DNA from: Vulcanimicrobiota bacterium
Lineage (GTDB): Bacteria > Vulcanimicrobiota > Vulcanimicrobiia > Vulcanimicrobiales > Vulcanimicrobiaceae
Direction of reading: 5' to 3'
DNA length: 64,000 nt
NCBI GenBank assembly: GCA_963777315.1
Contig: CAVZQC010000001.1
Location: 64,001-128,000, forward strand
Part shown: piece by piece, positions 29,766 to 40,982 of the stretch
How the letters are laid out: each line of letters begins with the position of its first letter
How positions within the stretch are numbered: the first letter of the stretch is position 1
Notes under the pieces: generated by a model
Database searches by the model: none
Seen by the model: the letters and a program-made list of their open reading frames with translations, nothing else
What the model was told of the DNA's origin: nothing
Translations under genes and position numbers: made by a program

Positions 29766-32546
29766 GTGATTCTCTTTGCCGCTGCCTTTCCGGCGCACGC
29801 GATCGCGCAAAGCGCAAGCGCAACCATTGCAGGCACGGTTCGCGACCGCGACGGCGCGCCGATTGCCGGTGCGACGGTCGAACTCAGCGGACCGGTACGG
29901 AGTACGCGGACTTCCGATTCGAAGGGCGCCTTCACGTTCGTAAATCTCGCGCCGGGCTCGTATTCGCTGACGGTCAACAAGGGCGGATACCAAGCCGGCG
30001 GTCTGGACGACGTCGTTCTGTCCGGTGCTTCGAGTGCTGCCGACGTAACGGTGACGCTGGAACCGGCGACCATGTCGAGCATTCGACAGATTGCGCACGT
30101 CGTGGCCAACGCGCGCGGCACGTTCAATTCCAGCTCCGCCGCGCAGACCTTCGTCTCAGGCGCGCAATTCAAAGATGCGGGCCAGGTGCAAATCAATCGC
30201 GTGCTCGACCGCGTTCCGGGGATCGTTTCGGCGCGCAGCGGCGGCACGAACGCGGCCGTTCCCGGAGCCATCATGTCGCCCAACGTGCGCGGCGCGTTGG
30301 ACTACGAGAAGGAAACGCTGCTCGATGGACACCCGCTGATCAACGGGCGTTTCGGCGACTATCCCATCATGTTCGTGAATTCGTTTTTGCTCGACGGCGT
30401 GGAGATCGCTCAGGGCCCGACCGCGAACGCCGCGCAAATCAACTACGGCATCGGTGGAACGATCAATTTTCGCACCGCGCAGCCCACGCGAACGCCGATG
30501 GGCGATCTGCTCGTCGGCACGGACGGGTATGGCGGAACGTATTCCAACGCGCGGTACTCCGGAACCAGCGCAAACGGCAAGTTCGCTTGGGTTGCGGACT
30601 ATGCCGCATACGGTACGCGCGGGCCGCTGGACGGCTATGCTTCGCAGGTAGCGTTGCCGGCCGGCAGCACGCTGGCCGGTTATGGAACGCTAGGCAATAC
30701 GACTTCGCAATTTCCGGTCAACGGCGCCAAGGGGCCGTACCCGCTGCCCAACGTGCGCGGCAATCCCGCCAACGCATACGCTACGCTGCTCGCCTGCTGC
30801 CAAACCGTCACCTCCTCATACCTCAATCACGGGGAGCTGGCAAAAGTGCGCTATGCATTTTCTACGGCAACGTCGGCGACGGTGACGTATTTAGGTCTGC
30901 AATCCCAATACGACGGGACGGCATCGAGCTTTACGCAGCTGTATTCGACTTTTGCGCCGGGCAGTGCTTATGCGGGCGGCGCAGGCGCTCCGCAGAGCGG
31001 ACAGCAGATTTTACTCAATGCCGCCACGCAGATTCCCGGGCGGCGGCTCATCGACAACGAACCGGTGATCGAAGCCGAGCTGCGTACGGCGCTTAGGGAA
31101 GACAGTCTGCTGGCGCGGTTTTACGGCGCCGCCCTGGACCGCTTTACGGTCAATCCGCTCGACAATCCGGCGGGAGCTTACACCACGGCTCCAATGACGC
31201 TGTACGGCACGGCGCCGGTCAACGACATCCCGACGACGTTCAACGGCGCGTCCGCAGCGGTCACGATTCCCGCCGCGTATTTTCAGCAAGGGGAAGTGGA
31301 CCAACTGCGAGGTGAATCGCTCCAGTACAATCACCCCATCGGCGTCAACTTGCTCACGTTCTCGTTCGACCGCACCACGTATCTGACCAACGCGTATCAA
31401 ACCACGGGCAGCGCGAGCTCCCCGGGCGGAAACGTGAGCGCGCCGATTCCGGCAGGCTCGCGCCAAGACTTCACGACGTATCTGCTGCGCGCGCTGTGGG
31501 AACTGGGGCCCAAGACCGAACTGACGGCGGCGAATTACTTCAACGTCTACCAAAGCCGCTTTACCACCGCGCGCAATCCCGACGGCACGTTTGTCTTTCA
31601 AACGGCCACGCGCGTTCACGACGATCCCCGCGTAGGGCTCTCCTATCATCCCGGTCCCGACGTTTCACTGCGCTTGACCGCGGGGTCGGCCGTCGCTCCG
31701 CCGTACGTGCAGCTCCTGGACGGATTGAGCCAAACGCCCGCGCAGGTGTATACTCCCGGCGCGACGTCCGTCACCATCGCGCAAAATTCGGGCGGTCTGC
31801 TTCCGGAAACGTCCTTCGGCTACGACGTCGGCGGGGATTGGCGTTTTCGCGACGGCGCGGTGCTGTCGGCAGACGCGTATCTCACCGAATTGCGCAACCA
31901 GTTCGTAGGAACGGTCACTCCGGCAGGCACGTTTACCCCGCCGGGATCTTCGAGTCCCATCCCGGTTTTCGTATCGACGAATGCGAATCTGGGCAGAGCG
32001 CGGTTCGAGGGCATTCAAATGGCGTTGCGCAAAGAGCCGCCGGTAGGCGTGGGTTTCGTCGTCAGCGGTGCGCTGCAGCGAGCGTACCCGTACGGCGTCG
32101 ACCCGGCATTCTACGCCACGAGCGCGGGCCCGTATACGACCAACCTGGGCGTGCTGCCCGGCGTCAACTTCATCGGCGACAACAAGCCCTTCTTCAACGG
32201 CATTTCGAACAAATCCGAAGCCTACGCGCAAGGTTTCGCGCAGATCGACCGGCGGTGGCCGCACGGTCAATATCTTGCGCTGGGCTTGACTTACTACGGG
32301 CCCAACAATACCTATAACGTGCCCGCATTTGCCGTGATGAATGGCACGTACCGTTTAAGCATCGCGCCGCAAACGACGCTGCAATTGAGCGCGGACAATA
32401 TGTTGGGATCGTATCCCTCGCCGTGGATTGCGGCCGGCGCGGGCATTCCCGCGCCGCTTATCGATGGCCAAACCGGTTTGCGCAACCTTGTGCCGTATGG
32501 GCCGGCCGCGGTTCACCTCCAGCTGGAGCACCGTTTCGGTCCCTAG
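29766..32546 (+). CDS. TonB-dependent receptor with a carboxypeptidase-regulatory-like N-domain
   Basis: TIAGTVRD.DGAPIAGA, plug (VLDRVPG, NVRGALDYEKETLLDGHP, VEIAQG, GGTIN), PETSFGYD. Start is uncertain (frame open from 29676). Confidence 0.85.
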   Translation: MILFAAAFPAHAIAQSASATIAGTVRDRDGAPIAGATVELSGPVRSTRTSDSKGAFTFVNLAPGSYSLTVNKGGYQAGGLDDVVLSGASSAADVTVTLEPATMSSIRQIAHVVANARGTFNSSSAAQTFVSGAQFKDAGQVQINRVLDRVPGIVSARSGGTNAAVPGAIMSPNVRGALDYEKETLLDGHPLINGRFGDYPIMFVNSFLLDGVEIAQGPTANAAQINYGIGGTINFRTAQPTRTPMGDLLVGTDGYGGTYSNARYSGTSANGKFAWVADYAAYGTRGPLDGYASQVALPAGSTLAGYGTLGNTTSQFPVNGAKGPYPLPNVRGNPANAYATLLACCQTVTSSYLNHGELAKVRYAFSTATSATVTYLGLQSQYDGTASSFTQLYSTFAPGSAYAGGAGAPQSGQQILLNAATQIPGRRLIDNEPVIEAELRTALREDSLLARFYGAALDRFTVNPLDNPAGAYTTAPMTLYGTAPVNDIPTTFNGASAAVTIPAAYFQQGEVDQLRGESLQYNHPIGVNLLTFSFDRTTYLTNAYQTTGSASSPGGNVSAPIPAGSRQDFTTYLLRALWELGPKTELTAANYFNVYQSRFTTARNPDGTFVFQTATRVHDDPRVGLSYHPGPDVSLRLTAGSAVAPPYVQLLDGLSQTPAQVYTPGATSVTIAQNSGGLLPETSFGYDVGGDWRFRDGAVLSADAYLTELRNQFVGTVTPAGTFTPPGSSSPIPVFVSTNANLGRARFEGIQMALRKEPPVGVGFVVSGALQRAYPYGVDPAFYATSAGPYTTNLGVLPGVNFIGDNKPFFNGISNKSEAYAQGFAQIDRRWPHGQYLALGLTYYGPNNTYNVPAFAVMNGTYRLSIAPQTTLQLSADNMLGSYPSPWIAAGAGIPAPLIDGQTGLRNLVPYGPAAVHLQLEHRFGP

Positions 32547-33304
32547 CCTCGCACGCTTGACACGAACGCCGCCACGCAGCTCGCAACGATCCCGGGACGC
32601 TCGCGATGCGGCGAGTGGCCGCAATGGGCGAGGTAGAGCGAATCCACCGCGCCTTTCGCGTCCGCGTGGATTGCATCGATCTGAGCTCGCGTTCCGTACT
32701 GGTCGCCGGCGCCTTGCAGCAACAGCATCGGCACGTCGATTCGCCGCAGGCGATCCCGAATGTTCCAGGCGCGAAACCGCGGATCCAGCCAGATGTCGTT
32801 CCAGCCGTAAAACGTGCGGTCGACGTCCTGGTGGTAGCGTTTGAGCCGAGTTCGCAAATCCCCCGTTTCGTATGCGAGCTTCGCGCGGGCGATACCCTCA
32901 ATCGAGCGGTCTTCCACGAACACGTGCGGAGCCGCAGTGATGAGCGCGCGAGTGCGCACCCGAACGTCGGCTGCGTAAATGAGCGCGATCGAGGCGCCAT
33001 CGCTATGCCCGAACAGGATTGCGTCATGGACCTCGAACGCGTCGAGCACCTGGCCGAGCGCCGTGTGCGCTTCATCGTGCATGTACTCGACATTCCGGCT
33101 TTCGTTCAGCGGTTCGGAAAAGCCGTTGCCGTACCGGGAATAGAGCAGCGCGCTGCATCCCGTACGCTCGACGAGCGCGTGCGGAAAGCGTTTCCACATC
33201 GCAATGGAGCCCAGGCCCTCGTGAAGGAACACGAGTACGGGCGCGTCGCCGTGGGCGCCGGCAATGAATTGCGCGTCTATGCGGCGGCCGGCCGCGGTAA
33301 CCAC
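32543..33304 (-). CDS. Alpha/beta fold hydrolase
   Basis: LHEGLGS, nucleophile elbow GHSDG, QG..DQYG and GHSPH. Confidence 0.9.
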   Translation of the reverse strand: MVTAAGRRIDAQFIAGAHGDAPVLVFLHEGLGSIAMWKRFPHALVERTGCSALLYSRYGNGFSEPLNESRNVEYMHDEAHTALGQVLDAFEVHDAILFGHSDGASIALIYAADVRVRTRALITAAPHVFVEDRSIEGIARAKLAYETGDLRTRLKRYHQDVDRTFYGWNDIWLDPRFRAWNIRDRLRRIDVPMLLLQGAGDQYGTRAQIDAIHADAKGAVDSLYLAHCGHSPHRERPGIVASCVAAFVSSVRG

Positions 33305-33311
33305 CGCCGGT

Positions 33312-33722
33312 TTACGTTTCGGGTTTAAACTGCAGCGAGAGCGAGTTGATGCAGTACCGGGTTCCGCGCGGTTCGGGACCGTCTTCGAAGACGTGTCCTA
33401 AGTGCGAATCGCAGCGCTTGCAGCGAACCTCGACGCGCTGCATGCCGTGGCTGCGATCCTCCAGCAGACGCACGTTCTGCTGCTGCTCCGGATGGGTGAA
33501 ACTGGGCCATCCGCAGTGCGAGTCGAATTTGGCCTGCGAGGCAAAAAGCTCGTAACCGCACGCCGCGCAATGGAACGTGCCCGCACCGCGCTCCTGCAGC
33601 AAATTCCCCGTAAACGGCGGTTCGGTCCCCGCTTCGCGCAGCACGTGATAGCGCTCGGGCCCGAGCTCTTGCCTCCACTGCGCTTCCGGCTTGACGACTT
33701 GCGTCGTACTGTCGTGTTTCAT
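33312..33722 (-). CDS. msrB: Peptide-methionine (R)-S-oxide reductase
   Basis: GTEPPF, CAAC, GWPSF, CKRC, HLGHVF.DGP and RYCINS. Confidence 0.96.
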   Translation of the reverse strand: MKHDSTTQVVKPEAQWRQELGPERYHVLREAGTEPPFTGNLLQERGAGTFHCAACGYELFASQAKFDSHCGWPSFTHPEQQQNVRLLEDRSHGMQRVEVRCKRCDSHLGHVFEDGPEPRGTRYCINSLSLQFKPET

Positions 33723-33728
33723 GCGATT

Positions 33729-34400
33729 TTAGTCCATTTCGATGTCGGCGCCGCTTTCGTCGAACAGAAAGCGGCTGTCATAGGAGCGGGTTTCTCCGCC
33801 GGCGTCGTCGATCACCCGCGAGCGAATGGAGAGACGGTGCATTTTCTTGCCGCCATGCGTTACCGGCCCGCCGTAAAAATATTGCACCAGCGGTATTTTG
33901 TCTTTTTCCAACGCGGACAGACGCCGCGCATCCACCAGCATCGCGAGCATGCGTTCCTGCAGGCGCTGCGGAATCAGGCGAACGACGTCGTCGGCCTGCA
34001 TCCGCACCAGTTCCAACTCTTTTTGGGCCTTGTTTTCGATCTCGACGGCTTCATTGCTGCAAAAGCGCACCAGCGCGTCCCAGTCGTCGGCCCCGATTCC
34101 GGTATATTGCAGCCCGTAGCGCCACACCGGTTTGCCGTGCAGCGTGCCGGGCGTGCACCACACTTGCTTGGCACGAACCGCGATCGATTTGTTCTCGGCG
34201 GCAATGCGAAAGTTCATTTCCGTTTTGTCGAGTTTGACGCTGGATATAACGCCCATCCCGCCCGCTGAAATGTCTACGGGCACCAGCGCCTTCCAGTCGG
34301 AATCGCCGGCCGACCACGCGCGAAAACCACCGGCGCGGCGCGGGTAATGCCTGCGGTTGCCGCGCCGGCGAGAGAACCAGGACAGTAACCCGGTGAGCAA
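33729..34400 (-). CDS. PilZ-domain protein with an uncharacterised C-terminal domain
   Basis: RxxxR (NRRHYPR) and DxSxxG (DISAGG) c-di-GMP-binding motifs. Confidence 0.75.
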   Translation of the reverse strand: MLTGLLSWFSRRRGNRRHYPRRAGGFRAWSAGDSDWKALVPVDISAGGMGVISSVKLDKTEMNFRIAAENKSIAVRAKQVWCTPGTLHGKPVWRYGLQYTGIGADDWDALVRFCSNEAVEIENKAQKELELVRMQADDVVRLIPQRLQERMLAMLVDARRLSALEKDKIPLVQYFYGGPVTHGGKKMHRLSIRSRVIDDAGGETRSYDSRFLFDESGADIEMD

Positions 34401-34412
34401 CCCTTCCAGCCG

Positions 34413-35531
34413 TTATTCGCCGGACTGCGAACTGGGTTCTACGACCACCGCGCCGGTTTCGCGTTTGACGTCGCTGGCGATGTCCGGCGCCTTTCCGCCG
34501 TGTTCTTCGACCCAGTGACACGCTGCAAAGTGTCCGGGGCGGTATTCGTTAAAGGGCGGAACCTCGATTTTGCAGCGCTCGAACGCGATCGGGCAGCGCG
34601 TGTGGAAGCGGCAGCCCGAAGGCGGATTGACCGGCGAAGGAATGTCGCCGGTGAGGACGATGCGTTTGCGCCGCCGTTCGACGTGCGGATCCGGTATCGG
34701 GATGGCCGAGAGCAGCGACTGCGTGTACGGATGCAGCGGCTCTTCGTAGAGATCGCTGCGGTCGGCGAGTTCCATGATCTTGCCCACGTACATGACCGCG
34801 ACCCGCGTAGAGATATGGCGAACGACGGAAAGATCGTGCGCGATGAACAAGTACGTCAACCCCAGCTGATGCTGCAGATCTTCGAGCAGATTGATCACCT
34901 GCGCTTGAATCGACACGTCCAAGGCCGATACCGGCTCGTCGCAAACGATGAACTTGGGGTTGACGGCCAAGGCTCGGGCGATGCCCACGCGCTGACGCTG
35001 ACCGCCGGAAAATTCGTGCGGATAGCGGTTGGCGTGATAGGGCTGTAAGCCCACCACGCGCAGCAGTTCCTGCACGCGCGCGCGCGCCGCCTTGCCGGTT
35101 GCAAGTTTGTGAATCTTGAGCGGTTCTCCGACGATATCGCCGACCGTCATGCGCGGATTGAGCGACGCAAACGGATCCTGGAAGATGATCTGCATCTCTT
35201 TGCGCAACTTGCGCAGCTCTTGCCGGTTGCAGTTCAGGATGTTTCTACCGTCGAACCATATCTCGCCGCTGGTTTCGCGCAGCAGGCGCAGAATGACGCG
35301 GCCCACCGTCGTTTTTCCCGAGCCGGATTCGCCTACCAGCCCCAGCGTTTCGCCGGCCGCAATGGTGAAGTCGACGCCGTCGACCGCTTTCACGTCACCG
35401 ATGTGGCGCGACAGCAGGCCGGCGTGGATGGGAAAATACTTGTAGAGATCCTTGATTTCGATGAGGTTGGATTTCAGCTGCGATTTGCCGTCGGCCAGCT
35501 CGGGCTCTCTGGACATCTCGGCGTGGCTCAT
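34413..35531 (-). CDS. Oligopeptide/dipeptide ABC transporter ATP-binding protein (OppF-like)
   Basis: [39 protein letters not shown] and [11 protein letters not shown]. Confidence 0.93.
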   Translation of the reverse strand: MSHAEMSREPELADGKSQLKSNLIEIKDLYKYFPIHAGLLSRHIGDVKAVDGVDFTIAAGETLGLVGESGSGKTTVGRVILRLLRETSGEIWFDGRNILNCNRQELRKLRKEMQIIFQDPFASLNPRMTVGDIVGEPLKIHKLATGKAARARVQELLRVVGLQPYHANRYPHEFSGGQRQRVGIARALAVNPKFIVCDEPVSALDVSIQAQVINLLEDLQHQLGLTYLFIAHDLSVVRHISTRVAVMYVGKIMELADRSDLYEEPLHPYTQSLLSAIPIPDPHVERRRKRIVLTGDIPSPVNPPSGCRFHTRCPIAFERCKIEVPPFNEYRPGHFAACHWVEEHGGKAPDIASDVKRETGAVVVEPSSQSGE

Positions 35532-35552
35532 CGTTTCACGGCCTTCGAGCGC

Positions 35553-36608
<1,056 letters not shown>

Positions 36609-36620
36609 ACGCGAAGCCGG

Positions 36621-36980
36621 CTAGATGCCGGTCAAAGAGAGAATCGTGCCGACGATGACGAACGCGACTGCCGCCACCCCGGTGATCCGCTTGAGCTGTT
36701 CCTCGGCCCCCGGCCGGCCGTAGGCCGATTCAACGCGGCCGCCGATCGTGCCGGACAGGCCTTCCTGTTTGGTCGTCTGCGCGGCGAGCAGCGCGATGAG
36801 CGCCAGTGCGGATATGATGAAAATCGCTCCCAGCGTGTGGGTGAGCCAGCCGGCATGCTGCTGAAACCAGGTCTGATGCACGTAGTTGAGCCCGGGCGCG
36901 ACGCGCAGGGGGCCCGGCGTGGGAACGTTGCTGAGCGGAACTTTGATGGGCGCGGCCGCCGCGAGCAGAAAAGACGTCAA
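36621..36980 (-). CDS. secG: Preprotein translocase subunit SecG with an N-terminal extension
   Basis: TM-(L..Q..K..GLSG.IGG)-(G.E..LKR.T)-TM pattern typical of SecG. TTG start is uncertain. Confidence 0.8.
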   Translation of the reverse strand: MTSFLLAAAAPIKVPLSNVPTPGPLRVAPGLNYVHQTWFQQHAGWLTHTLGAIFIISALALIALLAAQTTKQEGLSGTIGGRVESAYGRPGAEEQLKRITGVAAVAFVIVGTILSLTGI

Positions 36981-37041
36981 CCGAAAAGCTCCTGAACGAA
37001 AACGCGGCGCGTTGCACGCGCCGGCAAACTGAGCAATTTTA

Positions 37042-38934
37042 TCATGGACTGACCGGGGCTACAATGAGACTTGCCACCCGTGCGGCCACTTGCTCGCCGG
37101 CCAGCCCGAACAGGGCCCGCTGTTTGGGCTGCGCGTCGTGCTGCACCAGCACGTTATTGGGAACGCCCATTCGCTCGACCTTCACTTCCAAATCGCGGTC
37201 GCAGACCAACTCCGCGACCGCCGAACCGAAGCCTCCGGCCAGCGAATGTTCCTCCAGGGTCAGAAAATGGGAATGCGCGCCGGCTAAGTCGAGCAGCAGC
37301 GCCTCGTCCAGCGGTTTGACGAACCGCATGTTCACCACGGACGGGCCGCCCGACAGAATGTCCCATGCGTCCAAAGCGGCGTCGACGGTATTGCCGTATG
37401 CCAGAATCGCGACGCCGGACCCCCGGCGCAGCACTTCGGCTTTCCCGTGCGCGATTGGAGCGATGGGATCGCGATGGGCGCCGCTGGTAGAACCGCGCGG
37501 ATAGCGGATCGCCGCGGGACCGTCCAGCGTGAGGGCATGTTCGAGCATCGGCAACAGCTCGTTTTCGTTGCGCGGCGCCATCACCGTGACGTTCGGCAGC
37601 GTGCGCAGATAGGCGATGTCGTACAATCCCATGTGCGTGGGCCCGTCGTCTGCCACGAAACCCGCGCGATCCATGCAGAACACCACCGGAAGATTTTGAA
37701 CGCACACGTCGTGGACGATCTGGTCGTAGGCACGCTGAAGAAACGTCGAGTAAATCGCGCACACGGGCCGTAGACCGCTGGTCGCGGCGCCGGCGGCAAA
37801 GCATACCGCGTGCGCTTCGGCGATGCCTACGTCGAAGTACCGCTCGGGGTACGCTTTGCCGAATGCGGCCAGTCCCGTTCCGTCCGGCATGGCGGCGGTA
37901 ATGCCGATAATGCGCGGATCGCGGCGCGCGATGCTGATCATCGCGGCGCCGAATGCCTGCGAAAACGTGGGCGGCGCGTCGGGCTTTTTGATCACCTGTC
38001 CATTGGACCGGTCGAAGCTTCCAAGGCCGTGAAACGTGCGCGCGTCTTTCTCGGCCGGCTCGTAGCCTTTGCCTTTGACGGTGCGCACGTGCAGCAGGAC
38101 CGCGCGGGGAATGGCTTTGGCGGTGTTGAGGCCGTCGACCAAAGCGTCGTAATTGTGCCCGTCGATCGGTCCGATATAGCGAAAGCCCAGTTCCTCGAAG
38201 ATGACCGCGGCCTTTTCGGCCGGCGCGATGAACCGCATTGCGCCCAGCTCCGCGGACTCGAACGCCTTTTTCGCCATCGCGCCCAGCGGCAGGTGATCGA
38301 GAACGGTTCTGCCGGTCGCGCGCGCGAGGTTGGCCAGCGGTTTGCTCCGCAAAACCGAAAGGTAGGATGCTATCGAACCGACGTTGGGCGCGATCGACAT
38401 CTCGTTGTCGTTCAGGACGACGACGAAATTCGTGCGCAGTTGGCCGGCATTGTTGAGCCCTTCGTACGCAAGACCGCCGGTGAGCGCGCCGTCGCCGAGA
38501 ACCGCCACGATCGTTTCTTGCCGTCCGGCCAAATCGCGCGCTTTGACCATTCCCAAAGCGGAGGAAACGCTCGTGCTGGCGTGCCCGGCGCCGAAGCAAT
38601 CGTATTCGGATTCCGCGCGCATCGCAAAGCCGGACAAACCGCCGCCCTTGCGTATCGTCGGAAACCGGTCGAGCCGTCCGGTGAGCATCTTGTGCACGTA
38701 CACTTGGTGGCTCACGTCCCACACGATGCGGTCGCCCGGCAGGTCCAGCACCCGATGGAGCGCCAGCGTCAGCTCGACGACGCCCAAATTCGGCGCGAGA
38801 TGTCCCCCGTTCTTGGCGCAAACCGCTACGAGCATGTCGCGGATTTCTTGCGCCAGCGCATCGATCTGGGGCCGGCTGAGCTGCTTGAGGTCGTCGGGAG
38901 AAGCAATGCGTTCGATCAGCATATCAGTGGGCAT
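37042..38934 (-). CDS. dxs: 1-deoxy-D-xylulose-5-phosphate synthase
   Basis: GGHLAPNLG, WDVSHQ.Y.HK, GDGALTGG...NDN, YIGPIDGH, DVGIAE, DRAG..DGPTH and IRYPRG. Confidence 0.97.
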   Translation of the reverse strand: MPTDMLIERIASPDDLKQLSRPQIDALAQEIRDMLVAVCAKNGGHLAPNLGVVELTLALHRVLDLPGDRIVWDVSHQVYVHKMLTGRLDRFPTIRKGGGLSGFAMRAESEYDCFGAGHASTSVSSALGMVKARDLAGRQETIVAVLGDGALTGGLAYEGLNNAGQLRTNFVVVLNDNEMSIAPNVGSIASYLSVLRSKPLANLARATGRTVLDHLPLGAMAKKAFESAELGAMRFIAPAEKAAVIFEELGFRYIGPIDGHNYDALVDGLNTAKAIPRAVLLHVRTVKGKGYEPAEKDARTFHGLGSFDRSNGQVIKKPDAPPTFSQAFGAAMISIARRDPRIIGITAAMPDGTGLAAFGKAYPERYFDVGIAEAHAVCFAAGAATSGLRPVCAIYSTFLQRAYDQIVHDVCVQNLPVVFCMDRAGFVADDGPTHMGLYDIAYLRTLPNVTVMAPRNENELLPMLEHALTLDGPAAIRYPRGSTSGAHRDPIAPIAHGKAEVLRRGSGVAILAYGNTVDAALDAWDILSGGPSVVNMRFVKPLDEALLLDLAGAHSHFLTLEEHSLAGGFGSAVAELVCDRDLEVKVERMGVPNNVLVQHDAQPKQRALFGLAGEQVAARVASLIVAPVSP

Positions 38935-39043
38935 GCTTTTCGGTTACCCAGATTGCGGGTCCCCTCTTGCTTGACCGGCCCGCGGATGCGCGCCGGATGC
39001 ACCCGGACAGGCTCGCAGCCGCGCATGGAGGAAGGCGGAACGC

Positions 39044-39691
39044 GTGATCGACCTGCATCCCCGTCTAACGCCGGTGCCGATCAAGAACCGCCGCGTATGG
39101 CGCGATCTCGCGAAAATTCTCTCGACGATCTTCAACCCGTTTTTGACCGCGCTCGCCTTGTTCGTTATCCTGTCGCACATCCGCGCGCGCACGACCGAAG
39201 AATTTTGGTGGACGCTCTTCTTGAGCACGTTCTTTACGTCGATCGGCCCGATGCTGTTCATTTTTTGGCTATATGCAAGCGATCGCATCTCCGATTTGGA
39301 CATGTCCGTGCGCCAGGAGCGAGAGAAAGTGTTCGGCGTGTTCGTGGTTTTCTATCTGCTCGGAACGGTAACGCTGTGGTTCACGCACGTGCCCACGCTG
39401 CTGATCGCAACGATGGCGGGGTACACGCTGGCCACCGTCGTCGTACAGTACATTACGCGCTATTGGAAGATCAGTACGCACGCGCTCGGGATTACCGCAC
39501 CGCTCGTCGCGCTCAGTTTGCTGTATGGGCGCGAGCCGTTGCCGTTTCTGCCGCTCATACCGGCAGTATGCTGGGCGCGGGTGTACCTCAAAGCTCATTC
39601 GGTCGCACAGGTGATCGCGGGCGCGGCCTTGGCCGCGGGAAGCGTGGCGCTGCTTTTCTGGTTATTCCACGTCAAGACACTGGCGTGGTAA
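39044..39691 (+). CDS. PAP2-superfamily-like membrane protein
   Basis: Multiple TM helices; WKISTHA and WARV.LKAHS..QV..G. Confidence 0.7.
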   Translation: MIDLHPRLTPVPIKNRRVWRDLAKILSTIFNPFLTALALFVILSHIRARTTEEFWWTLFLSTFFTSIGPMLFIFWLYASDRISDLDMSVRQEREKVFGVFVVFYLLGTVTLWFTHVPTLLIATMAGYTLATVVVQYITRYWKISTHALGITAPLVALSLLYGREPLPFLPLIPAVCWARVYLKAHSVAQVIAGAALAAGSVALLFWLFHVKTLAW

Positions 39692-40516
39692 CGCCAGCCG
39701 GCGCATCGCGGTTTCGACCGGCACTTTGACGCGCTGCGCGAGCCGCAGTCCGGCGAGCAATCGGATGAACCACCAGGTGGGGTCGATTTCGAACCAGCGC
39801 AAGCCGTGGCGCGCCGAGTACGGAAAAGCGTGGTGGTTGTTGTGCCAGCCCTCGCCCCAGGACACCAGCGCCACCCACCAGCAGTTGGTGGACCGATCGG
39901 CGGTATCGTAGCTGCGATATCCCAGAGAATGGGCCGCGCTGTTGACCAGCCAGGTGGCATGGTAGCTGACGACCAGCCGCACGAACACGCCCCAGATCAC
40001 GAAAGGCCATCCGCCGATCGCAAATAGCAGTGCGGCCAAAAGCAGCTGCAGCGGAACGTGCATCGTTTTAAGTGCTCGATAAAAAGGGTCGGCGCAAAGA
40101 TCGGGCGCGTAGCGCTGCAGTTCGGCCGCGGTCGGCATCGCGTCGTTATGCCGGTACAGCCAGCGCATGTGCGCCCAGCGAAAGCCGCGATCGATGCCAT
40201 GAGGGTCGCCTTCGCCGTCCGCGTGGGCGTGATGCTTGCGGTGCGTGGCGACCCAACGAATGGGATCGCCTTGAAGCGCGAGCGCGCCGAAAACGGCAAA
40301 CAGATATTCCAACGGTTTACTCAAACGCAGGCCGCGATGCGTGAGCGTGCGATGGTAGCACAGCGTGATGCCGATTCCGCCGGTGAGGTAGAGGACCACG
40401 GCCAGCACGGCGAGCACCGGCCAGTGAAACATGCCCGGAAGAAACGCGGCCAGTGCGCCCAGGTGAATGCCCGCAAGCCCGAAGCGATTGACGGCGCTTC
40501 GGGCCTGCGGACTCAT
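39662..40516 (-). CDS. Delta-9-type fatty acid (acyl-CoA/acyl-lipid) desaturase
   Basis: His boxes HRTLTH, HRKHH and GEGWHNNHH. Confidence 0.93.
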   Translation of the reverse strand: MSPQARSAVNRFGLAGIHLGALAAFLPGMFHWPVLAVLAVVLYLTGGIGITLCYHRTLTHRGLRLSKPLEYLFAVFGALALQGDPIRWVATHRKHHAHADGEGDPHGIDRGFRWAHMRWLYRHNDAMPTAAELQRYAPDLCADPFYRALKTMHVPLQLLLAALLFAIGGWPFVIWGVFVRLVVSYHATWLVNSAAHSLGYRSYDTADRSTNCWWVALVSWGEGWHNNHHAFPYSARHGLRWFEIDPTWWFIRLLAGLRLAQRVKVPVETAMRRLALPRQCLDVE

Positions 40517-40532
40517 GGACGCTGCTCTCGCG

Positions 40533-40844
40533 TTAGCGATAGCTGGGACGGCTGGCGAAGCAGTCCCGGCAGTACACGGGCTTGTCGCCGCGCGGCTGAA
40601 ACGGAACTTCGGCGACGCCGCCGCACTGGCTGCACGTGGCCTTGAACATTTCGCGTCGCGCGCCGCCGCCGTAGCTGCTGCCGCCGCCGCTTTGCGGGCG
40701 GGAGGACTTGCGAGCTGCGCGGCAGTCGCTGCACCGGCTGGGCTTATTGGTAAAGCCCTTGCTGGCAAAGAATTCTTGTTCGCTTGCGGTGAACGGGAAC
40801 GAACGTCCGCAATCCACGCAATTGAGCGTTTCGTCTGAGTACAT
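40533..40844 (-). CDS. Zinc-ribbon protein (CxxC-x17-CxxC domain family)
   Basis: LNCVDCG..F.FTASEQ.FF..KGF...PSRCSDCR, then CSQCG...VPF.P...PVYCRDC. AGGAG RBS. Confidence 0.9.
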   Translation of the reverse strand: MYSDETLNCVDCGRSFPFTASEQEFFASKGFTNKPSRCSDCRAARKSSRPQSGGGSSYGGGARREMFKATCSQCGGVAEVPFQPRGDKPVYCRDCFASRPSYR

Positions 40845-40982
40845 AACGAGTCTCCTAACTCTTATCGTAGTGATTGTTTTGGGATCCGACTCGCCAGTAC
40901 TTGGAACGTAAACCGCAAACTTCGAAGCCTGTAACGGAACGCTAAACACCAGAGAGTGCCAAATGGTTGCGCCGAAGCGCTG

